From contig CAVTUQ010000030.1 in the NCBI GenBank assembly GCA_963737905.1, positions 42,250-106,249 on the forward strand: DNA of 64,000 nucleotides, written 5' to 3'. Made by a program: the position numbers and the translations under genes. Within the stretch, counting starts at the first letter, position 1. Every line of letters starts with the position of its first letter. Source of the DNA: an uncultured delta proteobacterium (GTDB lineage Bacteria > Desulfobacterota > Binatia > UBA9968). The notes under the pieces were generated by a model. That model made no database searches. It was not told where the DNA came from and saw nothing but the letters and a program-made list of their open reading frames with translations. Shown one piece after another: positions 1-10,914 of this stretch.

Positions 1-711
1 ATCCCGGGCGCGGTTCATTTTGATCTTTTTGGTCTCAGCTTAGTCGACACCAGCGAAGCGCCGCTCAGGGCATTCATGTATATGATCCATCATGTGCTCG
101 AGCTACGCGGCGTGAGCGAAACCAAGGAAGTTGTCTTTTACGAAAGCAACTCCGGCATGCGCGCGGCACGGGGACTGTGGTTTTTGGAATATTTCGGCCA
201 CCCTAATGCGCGCATGCTCGACGGGGGCTTCGACGCATGGAAGAGAGCGGGCGGGACGATCACGACGGAATCAGTCGTTCCGAAGGCAGCGACTTTCAAA
301 ACCACCGAGCGCCGGGAAGTCCTGGCTACGGCGGACGACGTTCTTAAATCACTCCAGAAGAAAGAGTTTTCCATACTCGATACCCGCAGCGATGGCGAAT
401 ATCTTGGCACCCACGTCCGCGCCGCCCGCGGTGGAGCCATCCCGGGCGCCATTCACATCGAGTGGACCGACAATCTCGACGCCAGTGGCAAATTCAAATC
501 CAACGCGGAGCTAAAAGCCATGTACGACAAAGCCGGCATCAGCCCGGACAAAGAAGTACTCTCCTACTGCCAGGGTGGTTATCGCGCGGCGCATAGCTAT
601 GTTGCGCTGCGCCTGCTCAGCTTCCCAAAAGTCAGAAACTATATCGGCTCCTGGAAAGAATGGGGCGACCGCGCCGACCTGCCGATTGAAATCCCGAGAG
701 CAAAGCAGTGA
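1..711 (+). CDS. Two-domain rhodanese / thiosulfate-mercaptopyruvate sulfurtransferase (5' truncated by window edge)
   Basis: Frame is open from base 1 (IPGAVHFD...). Motifs LDGGFDAW, LDTRS..EY.G, GAIPGAIHIEW, active-site loop YCQGGYRA and NYIGSWKEW. Confidence 0.92.
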   Translation: MPGAVHFDLFGLSLVDTSEAPLRAFMYMIHHVLELRGVSETKEVVFYESNSGMRAARGLWFLEYFGHPNARMLDGGFDAWKRAGGTITTESVVPKAATFKTTERREVLATADDVLKSLQKKEFSILDTRSDGEYLGTHVRAARGGAIPGAIHIEWTDNLDASGKFKSNAELKAMYDKAGISPDKEVLSYCQGGYRAAHSYVALRLLSFPKVRNYIGSWKEWGDRADLPIEIPRAKQ

Positions 712-997
712 CTTCGACGCTTTCCACATTTAACAACGCTCTATTACTATGCCTGCTGGCCTCGCTTGCACAGACTGACTTATCATTCGCCACGGAAGCT
801 AGAAAAGTGACTCTGTCTTATTCTGCGGTGAGCATGACCTGGTTTCCGGTGAAGGTAGCCGTGGAGAAGGGGTTTTTCCGGAATGAAGCATCGAGTGGAG
901 TTTCATCCAACAACAAACGAAAAAAACCACCGTGCCAGTTTCCATCGCTCATGATATGACTTTACTCAAAGAAGTGCAGCGTGACCTTGGCATGTAG
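708..997 (+). pseudogene. NMT1/THI5-type solute-binding protein with large internal deletion
   Basis: Signal peptide plus KVTLSYSAVSMTWFPVKVAVEKGFFRNE, then at ~889 a jump into another frame reading IEWSFIQQQTKK...DMTLLKEVQRDLGM* (stop 995-997), a typical SBP C-terminus. Confidence 0.75.
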
Positions 998-1042
998 CAA
1001 CCGGCCGCAAAATCAAACCACTTAAGAATAAGGAGTAATTCC

Positions 1043-1993
1043 ATGCTTAGAACACTCGATCTTCTGGCCAGTGATCCCTCCCATCTGCCCTTCCTCTTTG
1101 TATTCAAGGAGTCCGGCGTGATGGAAAAATACGGCTTCGAAATCGACCTCCACATAGTCGGCGGGGCCAAAGCGCCGACTATGGCGCATCGCGCGAAACT
1201 CGCTTTGGCCGGCGAAATCGACTTTCTGAGCGGTTTACATCACGAGACTTATCGAGAGCGCGCCAAGGGTGAGAAACGGCTCACCTACCTCGCTCAAGCC
1301 CAAAACAACTGGGATGACCGGCTCGTCGCGCTGCCAAAGATCCAAACCGTCCAGGACCTGAAAAACCAAAAGATCATCTGTCACGGCAAAGCGCCCTGCG
1401 TCGCCGGGAACCTGCGCGCAGTATTGGAAATCTGCGGTCTCAAACCGGAGGAGATAAACATCCAAGCCATCGAAGATTCGTCGGGCAAGTTTCTGCAATT
1501 TGTCGACCGCCTGACCTCCGGCGAAGCCGCGGCGGCGTTGGTGGACATGCCCTTCGATCTCTACGGCATCAAAAAGGGACTGAAGATCGTCGATCTGCCG
1601 GATCGGCCGGTCATCCACAATACAACTCTTTTAGCGACGACGGATTACATCAAACAAAACGAAGAAACCGTTTATGCCTTTATCAAGGGTTTCATCGAAG
1701 CCCTCCATTTCTTCAAGACCGAACCCGATAAAGTGGTCCCGATCCTCAAGAAAAACTTGGCAAAGCGCTACGGACTCGAGGAGGACGAGTATTATATTTA
1801 CCTGCAGCGCGAGTGGGCGCGACTGTTATCCAAGAAACCTTATCCCCTGGCCAGCGCCATTCAAAATGTCTATGACCTCGATGTCGGCAAAGATCCCGCG
1901 ATGAGAAACATCGGTCCGATGGAGCCGTGGGATTTGCATTATCTTCGCGCCATCGACGACAGCGGCTTCATCGACAAGCTGTATGCGGCCTAG
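1043..1993 (+). CDS. NMT1/THI5/SsuA-fold solute-binding-like protein, no signal peptide
   Basis: KYGFEIDL, VQDLKNQKI, FIKGFIEALHFFK, DDSGFIDKLY C-terminus. No hydrophobic N-terminal segment. RBS AGGAG upstream. Confidence 0.8.
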   Translation: MLRTLDLLASDPSHLPFLFVFKESGVMEKYGFEIDLHIVGGAKAPTMAHRAKLALAGEIDFLSGLHHETYRERAKGEKRLTYLAQAQNNWDDRLVALPKIQTVQDLKNQKIICHGKAPCVAGNLRAVLEICGLKPEEINIQAIEDSSGKFLQFVDRLTSGEAAAALVDMPFDLYGIKKGLKIVDLPDRPVIHNTTLLATTDYIKQNEETVYAFIKGFIEALHFFKTEPDKVVPILKKNLAKRYGLEEDEYYIYLQREWARLLSKKPYPLASAIQNVYDLDVGKDPAMRNIGPMEPWDLHYLRAIDDSGFIDKLYAA

Positions 1994-2115
1994 GATCGGA
2001 CATCTAGCCGATCTCAGTTTTCGGCTTTCGATCATGTGCGCCGGCATGAGGGGAGCGTAGAGGCATGACCCGATCCCACACAGCCTCGTTGCTGAACATT
2101 TTTGAGTGACAACTT

Positions 2116-2600
2116 GTGCCGATCCAACTGTACCTCGACACCAACGTACTTTGTCGTCGTTCGATGATCAGGGGATCAGCAGGGTGCGCGTTGAAACTGA
2201 TGCGTTCGAGCGGATTTTGGAGAAAGTAAGACGAGCCGATGCCACCCTAATATAGTTAGCTCCGAAATCCTAGTTTTTGAGATTCAAAGAATTATCGAAC
2301 CGGCCAAGAGAGCGAAGGCTTCTGTCTATCTCCGTATGGCGCGCACTTATCATGCCATGACGGATGAAACGCTTACCATAGCCAGAACAGTTGAAGACAG
2401 ATTCAAATTGAGCTACGCGATGCACTACAATGCAGTAAGCGCGCTTTTGGACGGGAGCGAATATTTTCTAACGTGCGACGATGGAATAACAAAGAGGTTT
2501 AAGTGATGTTCCCTTTCTGCTACCATTGGAATGCATCGCTGGATCTTGGGAGTAATGAATCCGGCAGCATTTTGTCGACACTGTGCGATGGTGATCTATG
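2116..2600 (+). pseudogene. PIN-domain (VapC-like) toxin, frameshifted/decayed
   Basis: Across frames reads LYLDTNVLC..FDDQ..RVRVETDAFERIL ... AVSALLDGSEYFLTCDDG ... VMNP. Contains an in-frame TAG and several indels. Confidence 0.75.
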
Positions 2601-2807
2601 AGCAAAGCCGCTACGAAGGTCGAGGAAGCAGTGATTAGAGAAGCTGGGATACTCTTGTGAAAAAGATGGGTGCAGCCAAGGCAACCACTTCCTAGTAGCT
2701 TTGAGCGTGGTGAAGGAGACTCTGTCAAAGAAATCAAGCGTTTCTGGCGCGGAAAGTCTCTCGATGAGATTTATCGCCAGGTAAAGCGAGCGAAGATCGC
2801 TTTCTAA
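2598..2807 (+). pseudogene. Putative small antitoxin partner of the PIN gene, frameshifted
   Basis: MSKAATKVEEAVIREA / DTLVKKMGAAKA / GEGDSVKEIKRFWRGKSLDEIY...* resembles the small proteins adjacent to this PIN subfamily. Confidence 0.55.
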
Positions 2808-2824
2808 GTTTCCCTCCATCATCA

Positions 2825-5800
2825 ATGGCCAGCGAAACTGGCAAACTCTTTCCGTCTAACAACGTCGGTCTCTTCTCTGACTATTTCCTGAGCAAGAGAC
2901 TACCCGCCGAGTCCCGCTATGGAGTAGCGAAAAACTAGCTGCCGAGAACTGCCTCGCAAAGATCCTCGCCCAGTACAAGAAGTTCACCGCCACCTACAAA
3001 TCCCCCAACGAGGCGCAAACGGAAGATGATTTTATCCGTCCCGTTTTGGCGCTACTTGGCTATTCCTACATCGTACAGACCTCGCTCAAACATAAAGGAA
3101 AAAGCAACCAGCCTGACTACGCTCTCTTCCCCGACGACAGGACGAAGAAAGAGGCCGGTTCTTTCAAAGTCAAAGAACAAGAAGCTTTCTACGGGAAGGC
3201 ATTGGCCATTTGTGACGCTAAGTATTGGGGGCGCCCGTTAGATATCAAGCTTAGCGACAAAAAGGACACTTTCACGAATATCAATCCCAGTTTCCAGATC
3301 GTCAATTACCTCGTCGGCGCCAACGTCGATTGGGGCATCCTAACCAACGGTAGACTCTGGCGTCTTTACTACCAAAAGGCATCGTCGCGCTCATCGACTT
3401 TCTACGAGGTTGACCTAGAAGAGCTCCTCCTGAAGGGTGACTCGGAACGATTTCTTTACTTCTATCTCTTCTTCCGTAAAGAGGCGTTGCTCAAAGATAG
3501 CCAGGGCAAAACTTTTTTAGAAAATGTCCTCGAAGGTTCGACCAATTATGCCTCCGAGTTAAGCGACAGCTTAAAAGACAAAGTCTTTGACAAAATTTTC
3601 CCCCACCTAGCGCGCGGCTTCGTACACTATCGCAAGAAAGAACTAGGCGTGCAGACGGAGACTGATGAGTCACTGAAGGAGACTTACAGCGCCACCCTAA
3701 CCCTTCTGTATCGACTTCTCTTCATTCTCTATGCCGAGGCCCGCGACCTGCTGCCAGTAGAAGAACAAGCATACCACCATTATAGCCTAACCAGATTTAA
3801 GCAAAGAGTGGCGGAATTACGCGACAAAAGATCAACATTGACTGAGCTTTCAACTGATCTTTGGAGCGATTTGGACACTCTGTTTAAGATCATTGATGTC
3901 GGTGACGCTAAACTGAACGTTCCCACTTACAACGGAGGTCTTTTTAGCCAAAAGAATCCGAAAAATGATTTCCTGAAGAAAAACAGGGTGCCTGACCCAT
4001 GGCTCGCTGAGGCACTCGATTATCTCACTCGCGACATTGACAAGGAAAGCAGCAAGCCACACTTCATCGACTACAGCGAGTTAGAGGTACGCCACCTGGG
4101 AAGCATCTATGAAGGCCTGCTGGAATTTCACCTGATGATGGCCCAGGAGGACAAAGGTGTCGTCAAAGAGAAAGGGCGAGAAGTTTATAAGCCGGTCAGT
4201 GATGTCCAGAATCCAAAGGAGATCGTTAAGAAAGGAGAACTTTACCTAGAGAATGACAAGCATCAAAGGAAAAGTACCGGCAGCTATTACACGCCTGACT
4301 ACATCGTCAAATACATTGTTCAGAATACCGTCGGGCCGGTTCTGGAAGAGAAAATGAAGAAGGGCGAGAAGCTCTTCGGGGAGATCGCGTTGTTAAGAGC
4401 CAAGGCCAAGCGAGCCACCGGCGCAAAGAGAATCTTGGCTCAGGAGCAACAAAAAGAGGGAAGCAGCCGATGAGCTGTTCTCTTTAAAGATTCTCGACCC
4501 GGCGATGGGCAGCGGCCATTTTCTAGTGGAAACCGTTGATTTCCTGTCCGACCACATCATCAAGTTTTTGACGGATCACCCCGACAACCCGGTTTTGGAA
4601 GAGATTGAAAATCTTCGTTCTACGATTCTAATAGACCTCAAGAAAAAAGGCATCGATATAGACGAGCAAAGGCTTACCCCTACCAATCTCGTCAGGCGCA
4701 TGGTTATGAAGCGTTGCATTTATGGCGTGGATCTAAATCCAATGGCTGTCGAGCTTGCCAAGCTCTCTCTGTGGCTTCACTCCTTCACCCTTGGTGCCCC
4801 GCTCTCCTTCCTCGACCATCATTTGAAATGCGGAAACAGTTTGATAGGGACAACTGTAAACAGGGTCAAAACATCCATGCAGGAAAAAAAGGAGAGCGAG
4901 GAAACGACTATAGCGGACTGGGAAGGCCAAGAGCGAACCTACTCTGGTCAATCATCTCTTTTCCTCTTTGGATCGCACTTCGCTGGGCTTCTGTCGGCCA
5001 CAGAGTTGATGCAACAAGTGGGGGAACTAACAGACTCTACGTTCGAAGAGGTTCAAGAGAGCCAACAGAAATACGAAAAAGCCGCCGAGGCCCTGAAGCC
5101 TTTCAAACTCATGCTTAACCTCTGGACTAGCGAATATTTCGGCAACAAAGACGCCCAACGCTTTCTCACCCATGGTGGCGACATAGAGGCTTTTCAAAAG
5201 AGCACGAATCGACTACCGGAAAAGACAAAAGCTCTTCGAGAAATCAGTGACACCCTCTCTGAGAGCAGAAGCTTCTTTCACTGGGAGCTGGAATTCCCGG
5301 AGGTCTTCTATAAAGGGACACGTGAAAAGGAAAACGCCGGCTTCGATGTAATCATTGGCAATCCACCCTGGGGAGCTGCGTTGGAAAACAATGAGAAGAA
5401 ATATCTTGGATCGGTTTATCCAACAACCGCTAAGAATTTTGACACCTACGTGGCCATGATCGAGAAGAACGTGGGAATACTGAGGAGCGCAGGCACGTTA
5501 GGGTTTATTATACCTAATGCTTGGCTAACCGGGGTTTCATACATCCCACTTAGAAGATTTTTGCTTATAAACGGAGTCCTGCTTGATTTTGTGAATCTTC
5601 CGTATGACGTTTTCTCCGACGCTTACGTCGACAGTGCCACCATAGTCTTTGAAAAGCGCGATCCCAGCGCGAATCCAATCTTTGGCAAAGTAAGAGTTAT
5701 CAATTTCGGTAAACGAGATCGTGTCACAGACATTAATCTCCACGTGTCGAAACGAGTCTATTTAGACTATGGTGTTTGGGCAAACGACCCGTACCTTGCT

Positions 5801-6901
5801 TTCCGAATATCTCTCTCCTCAGGCGACTACTCGATTGAGAAGAAGCTATCGGACAACGTTGTCCCGCTACAAAGCATCGCGGAAATTGACCGCGGGTTAG
5901 AGGCCTACAGCAAGTATCGGCAGTCTCCGGATGAAATAGGACGAAAAATATACCATTCCGCCTCTAAAATTGGAGAGTCCTACATTAAACAATTTCAAGG
6001 CACTCTACGGAGATATATACTCTCCGAAGATGGAGAACTCTGGGTGAAGTGGGGATCACATCTTGCGGAGTCTCCGGCAATCGAATTCTTTGAGAAACCA
6101 AGAATTCTGCTTCGGCGCCTAATCAGCAGACAGTTTCGTATAATGGCGACATTTACCGAGGACAAATTTGCCAACGATTCCTCGACCTTTGATATAATTC
6201 TAAGAGACGAACGCTACAACTTGTTCTTTGTTCTCGCTATACTTAATTCAACTCTTTTTTCCCATTTCCAAGTCAAAAGATCTCAACTCGCCCAGAGAGA
6301 TGATTTCCCAAAACTCTCCCTTGAAGAGGCTCGAACCTTCCCCATCCGGAACATCACGTTTCAAACATCGTCAAAGCAACGAGCGAATCTTTTGGAAAAA
6401 AGCAAATCTCTTTACGGGCGTTGCATGGCCAAGAGTGATTTTCTCTGTGTGACCGGGTTCGTGGAGCATTGTTTAAAACAAAAGCCGGAACAGACAGACG
6501 TGGTGCATGACCTCTTAGCGTTTTTGGCACAGCGAATGATAGAGCTAAACAAACAGGTCCTGACAGAGACGAAAGGATTCTTGCATTGGCTGGAGATAAC
6601 GATCGGCGCAAAGGTCGATGCGCTTAAAAACAAGACCAAACTCTTCGCTTATCACGACGGGAGCCTAGAGGAACTGCTGGAGGTAGTAAAGGAAAACCGA
6701 AGGATCCTCAAAATCAATCCTGCTAGCAAAGAGTTTTTTGATCCACTTAAAGATGCCTTTGAAAAAAGTTTGGCGAAACTTTCGCCCCTTAAAAAGAGCA
6801 TTACTACAACCGACCACCTCATTGACCTGATTGTTTACAGACTCTACGGCTTAACTGACGAGGAAGCTAAGCTAGTGAAAAATGAAGCTGAATCGCCATG
6901 A
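2825..6901 (+). CDS. Type IIG (Eco57I-like) fused restriction endonuclease-N6-adenine methyltransferase-TRD, split by frameshifts at ~2930 and ~4460
   Basis: LFSDYFL start, NEAQTEDDFIRPVL, PDYALF..CDAK (PD-(D/E)xK), ILTNGRLWRLY, YNGGLF, LGSIYEGLLE, GSYYTP, ILDPAMGSGHFL (motif I, next to the frameshift), IYGVDLN, GNPPW (motif IV), C-terminal IDLIVYRLYGLT. Confidence 0.9.
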
Positions 6902-7449
6902 TCCATAGAGCGTCTCTGACCTTCGCTATTGTTGCTCTTTTTGTGGCCAATTTGATTGGGTCGCTCTTCGCAGCCGAAAACAAGGGGGCTCATATGGAAC
7001 TGAAAAGCTCCGCTTTCACGGAGAGCGCCAACATCCCGCGCAAGCACACCTGCGATGCTGAAGATGTCTCTCCCCTACTCAGATGGGACGACGTTCCGGC
7101 GGGGACTAAAGCCTTTGCCCTGATTGCCGACGATCCGGACGCGCCGGGCGGCACCTGGGTTCACTGGGTTATTTACGATCTACCGGCAGAAACGAAAGAG
7201 CTGGCAGAAGGCACAGCCAAAACTGAGACGTTAGAGCGCGGAGCTAAACAGGGAATAAACGACTTCCGGCGAGTCGGCTACAGTGGACCATGCCCTCCGC
7301 CGGGCTTACCGCATCGTTATTTCTTCAAACTTTATGCTTTGGACGCACCGACTAATTTAAAACCGCGCGCGACAAAGCAGCAGCTACTCGACGCCATGAA
7401 AGGACACATTCTGGGCGAAGCCCAACTCATGGGGGGCTACGGTCGATGA
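6898..7449 (+). CDS. YbhB/YbcL family Raf-kinase-inhibitor-like (PEBP) protein
   Basis: DDPDAPGGTWVHW, GYSGPCPP, HRYFFKLYALD motifs. N-terminal signal peptide. Confidence 0.92.
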   Translation: MIHRASLTFAIVALFVANLIGSLFAAENKGAHMELKSSAFTESANIPRKHTCDAEDVSPLLRWDDVPAGTKAFALIADDPDAPGGTWVHWVIYDLPAETKELAEGTAKTETLERGAKQGINDFRRVGYSGPCPPPGLPHRYFFKLYALDAPTNLKPRATKQQLLDAMKGHILGEAQLMGGYGR

Positions 7450-7836
7450 CCGACTTCCGCGAAAACACCCGTTGTGAAGGCCGCTTTTCTATTTACACAG
7501 CTGGAGAGCAATGTCGTTGAATGCGATTGGCTCCGACATTTACCAGAGGTAAAGAAGATGTGAGTCGGCGCTCATGAATAGCGTACCGAACGAAAGATAT
7601 CTGAAATTTAGGTGTCGAAGAGAAGAAAAAGTTCCAAGTCGAAACCGTCGCGCTAAGGCATCAACGTCGCTTTTCTCCGTGCAGAGTGGTCGAATCGTCC
7701 ACCGCGATTGATCCCTTGTGAGGCATACATCTTTCTACGAATTTGGCTATGGACACACTTGACAGCGACAGCACGGCGGGGGAGCGGAGTTGAAGGGTTC
7801 GGTGGATGAAAAATCTAAAACTCGGCTAGGCGCTGG

Positions 7837-8730
7837 TTAGTTCGTTTTAGCGACGAACGTCACATCATCCCGGCGAACATAGCCGGTGGGATTGCTGCGC
7901 CTCGACCTCACTTCCAGCCAATCACCGAGGGAGCGGACGACATTGACCCGGGTTCCTTTGGTGATCTGAGACAAGACGCGTGAAGATGCAGAGGGCCCTT
8001 CGTAAACCGAGGTTGCGCGGAGGGTTTGGTAAACTCCCAGCTCAGCCGCACTGCGCGCGCCCTCGGACCGACTCGATGACGGGCTCGGCTCTGCCGGACG
8101 CGGCGAAGCCTTTGCTGCCGGCGCTACCTTGGTCGCCGCCAATCGCTCCGTCTCCCGCACCGTGCGAGTCAATTTTTGCTGGGTTGACGCTAGATTCTTT
8201 TGGCTTTCCTGGAGCTTTTTTTTGAGCTCGACAAGCTGAGTCGAATTCTGGGCCAGCTCCTTTCGCGCTTGAGCCAGTTCAGCTTCCAAGGTTTGAATCT
8301 TTTGGTCCTTGTCCCTGAGCTGCGCTAGTTTCTCTTCGAGCAACGATTGCGATTCACTGCGCTGGCGCTGTCCACCGATCAAAAAGACGCCGATACCGAA
8401 AACCAGCAAACCCGCGATCAAGATCGCTTTCGACGTGATCGAGGTCTTGGGCTTCTTGGACCTTAGACGCGCTTCCATAATATCGGATTCTCGCGTCGGC
8501 CATTCTGGAGCGACAGTTGAGCTCAGATCTGCTTTGCAGTACGGACACCTTAGGGCGTCCTCGGCAATGCTATTGGCGCAGTGGGGACATAGCTTCGTAC
8601 GAATTCCTCCCTTGGTGACTAAAGATTTGCCGTCCTTTGGGCAAACACTCATTTTGTCGTCGTATTCGGTGAAGCATTGCGGGCACCGCTTCATGGGAAT
8701 TATTCTGAATATAATACGTTTGTCCGTCAA
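7837..8730 (-). CDS. Double zinc-ribbon, TM, coiled-coil, C-terminal SH3b-domain membrane protein
   Basis: CPQC/CPKD and CPHC/CPYC motifs, TM segment AILIAGLLVFGIGVFLIG, heptad coiled coil, GTRVNVVRSLGDWLEV...GYV. Confidence 0.7.
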   Translation of the reverse strand: MTDKRIIFRIIPMKRCPQCFTEYDDKMSVCPKDGKSLVTKGGIRTKLCPHCANSIAEDALRCPYCKADLSSTVAPEWPTRESDIMEARLRSKKPKTSITSKAILIAGLLVFGIGVFLIGGQRQRSESQSLLEEKLAQLRDKDQKIQTLEAELAQARKELAQNSTQLVELKKKLQESQKNLASTQQKLTRTVRETERLAATKVAPAAKASPRPAEPSPSSSRSEGARSAAELGVYQTLRATSVYEGPSASSRVLSQITKGTRVNVVRSLGDWLEVRSRRSNPTGYVRRDDVTFVAKTN

Positions 8731-8837
8731 GAGGAATCGCCGACGTCAAGTCGACTTTCGAATGAAACTTGCTCAGGCCATCCGCAACTTGCCCTACCAG
8801 CACCCTTAAGCTATAGAACCCTGGGAGGAAAAAAATC

Positions 8838-9779
8838 ATGGCTCTCATCATAAGCGAAGCGCAGACCAGAAAACTCATCGACATGCAGGTGGCCTTAAAG
8901 CTCGTCGACGGAATGTTTCGTGCCCGCGCCGCCGGAAAGGTGCGCAGTGTACCGCGGCGCCGGCTCAAAGGAAGCGAAAAACAGCTCAACATGATGGCGG
9001 CATGGCAAGCCGACTGGGACTGGATTTGCTTGCGTGCTTACGCCGGAGCCTCTAATACCATCACCCTTTACAACGGACGCACGGGCCAGATCCAAGCCAT
9101 CATCGACATGGGCTATCTCAGTAGCCTCCGCACAGGCGCGGCCACCGGAGTCGCGGCGAAATATCTCGCCCCGCCCACGGCAAAAACACTAGGCGTGATC
9201 GGACCCGGCTGGCAGGCGACCTTTCAAGTCGAAGCGGTTGCGAACTCATGTCCCATTAAGGAGATTGTGGTCTATGGCCGAAATTCGAAGAGACGAAAAG
9301 AATTCATCCGGCAGATGAACAAAGTGATCAAAGCCGATTGGAAGGAAGCGGACACGGTCGACGAAGTGGAAGCCGCGTCGGATATTTTAGTCGTGTCGAC
9401 GGACTCGTCGACGCCGGTGGCCACGGGCGCGACCCTAAGAGACGAAGCCTTGGTCGCATCTATTGGCGCCAACGCAATGGTGAAGCATGAGGTTTCGAAC
9501 AATCTCATTCGCCACATGGATTTGATCGTGACCGACGACCTTGCCGCCGCCAGAGCCGACAGCGGCGATCTCGTCGAGGCTTGCCAAACCCGCATTGCCC
9601 GGTGGGAAGACATCGTCCCCCTGGAGAAAATCGTCGCCGAAGGCGTGCCCCAACCAAGACCCAAACGGATCTTCTTTCAATCCAACGGCATCGCCGATGA
9701 GGATCTGGCCGTGGGCCGCTATGTACTGGAACAAGCAAAGAAGAAAAAACTCAAAATGAAACGCATCACAGAGATCTAG
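8838..9779 (+). CDS. Ornithine cyclodeaminase / mu-crystallin family protein
   Basis: [14 protein letters not shown], Rossmann [19 protein letters not shown]. Confidence 0.88.
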   Translation: MALIISEAQTRKLIDMQVALKLVDGMFRARAAGKVRSVPRRRLKGSEKQLNMMAAWQADWDWICLRAYAGASNTITLYNGRTGQIQAIIDMGYLSSLRTGAATGVAAKYLAPPTAKTLGVIGPGWQATFQVEAVANSCPIKEIVVYGRNSKRRKEFIRQMNKVIKADWKEADTVDEVEAASDILVVSTDSSTPVATGATLRDEALVASIGANAMVKHEVSNNLIRHMDLIVTDDLAAARADSGDLVEACQTRIARWEDIVPLEKIVAEGVPQPRPKRIFFQSNGIADEDLAVGRYVLEQAKKKKLKMKRITEI

Positions 9780-9790
9780 AGGCGCCACGC

Positions 9791-10867
9791 ATGCCTATCT
9801 TCGATGGCGAACTCGGGCTTCAATTCGTCACGCACCTTGCCAATCAGTACACCGTGCCGGATCTCGTTCGTTTAGCCCAGCTGGCAACAGATAGGGGTTT
9901 CGAACAGATCTGGGTTAACGACAACATTCGTTACCGCGGACAGATGGTCGTTCTCACCGCCATCGCGTCTCATGTGCCCATACGCGTGGGTACCGCCATC
10001 ATGGTACCTTATTTTCACAATCCCCTGGACGTCGCGGATTCCTTAGCGGCGCTGTCCGAGTTATGCGAGGGAAAGGAAATTAGCATCGGCATCGCGCGCG
10101 GCGATCTGGGACAATCGCCGCAACATGTTCAGGCGTTGAAGCCCGTGGCCATGGTGGACGAAACAGTTCGTTTCCTGCGCCGGGCGCTGGCGGGCGAGGA
10201 AATCGCCTACGGAGACTATCCGTTCTTGCAGGACTTCTACCGTCTCAATCCAAACGGAAAATTCCGACTCGCTTTCGAGCCGAAAGCTGCGTTCAAGTTT
10301 TACGGCGGCGGCAACGGCCCGCAAGCGCTCCGCATGTGCGGCCGTGTGATGGACGGGTTGATCAGCTCGGGGACCTACATTCCTATGCTCAAAGCTGGCA
10401 GGCTTCCGGGAATGCTCGCAGCCGCGGACAAAGCAGCGACGGAACTCGATCCGACCAAGCGCCTGCGTAAAATTTGCGAACTGAATGTCTCAATATCACG
10501 GAACCGCGAGCAAGCGATCGAATTCCCCAAGCGTCAGGTTTCCCACTCGATCTTGCAATGGGAAGCTTTGGGGTTCACGGCCAAAGAGTATGCGCAATTA
10601 GGCGTGGACCGCGAGAAGGTCTTAAAGCTAAAAGAGGCTTATGCCGCGGGAGCGACCGTCGAAGAGGCATCTAAGCTCGTTACCGAACATATGGTGAAAA
10701 CATATTACGCGGCCGGCACCCCGGAGGAAGTCAAAGACCAGATCATCGAATTAGTGGGCGCCGCGGGCCGCCTCGGCTACCATCACGTCGCGTTCGCCAA
10801 GCTCGGCCCCGATTATGAAGAGGCGATCGAACTGCTCGCAAATGAAGTCGTCCCTGCGTTGAAGTAG
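9791..10867 (+). CDS. LLM-class flavin/F420-dependent oxidoreductase (Mer-like)
   Basis: GFEQIWVND, IRVGTAIMVPY, GIARGD, GGNGPQAL, AGTPEEV. Confidence 0.85.
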   Translation: MPIFDGELGLQFVTHLANQYTVPDLVRLAQLATDRGFEQIWVNDNIRYRGQMVVLTAIASHVPIRVGTAIMVPYFHNPLDVADSLAALSELCEGKEISIGIARGDLGQSPQHVQALKPVAMVDETVRFLRRALAGEEIAYGDYPFLQDFYRLNPNGKFRLAFEPKAAFKFYGGGNGPQALRMCGRVMDGLISSGTYIPMLKAGRLPGMLAAADKAATELDPTKRLRKICELNVSISRNREQAIEFPKRQVSHSILQWEALGFTAKEYAQLGVDREKVLKLKEAYAAGATVEEASKLVTEHMVKTYYAAGTPEEVKDQIIELVGAAGRLGYHHVAFAKLGPDYEEAIELLANEVVPALK

Positions 10868-10914
10868 GTGACACTCCCCCGCGATGACCCACTCACGCAG
10901 GCACGGTGCCCTCC

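Noticed and set aside
7450-7836. 390-bp gap between convergent genes, possible gene remnant
   Set aside because: No recognisable motif, repeat or structure found by eye.
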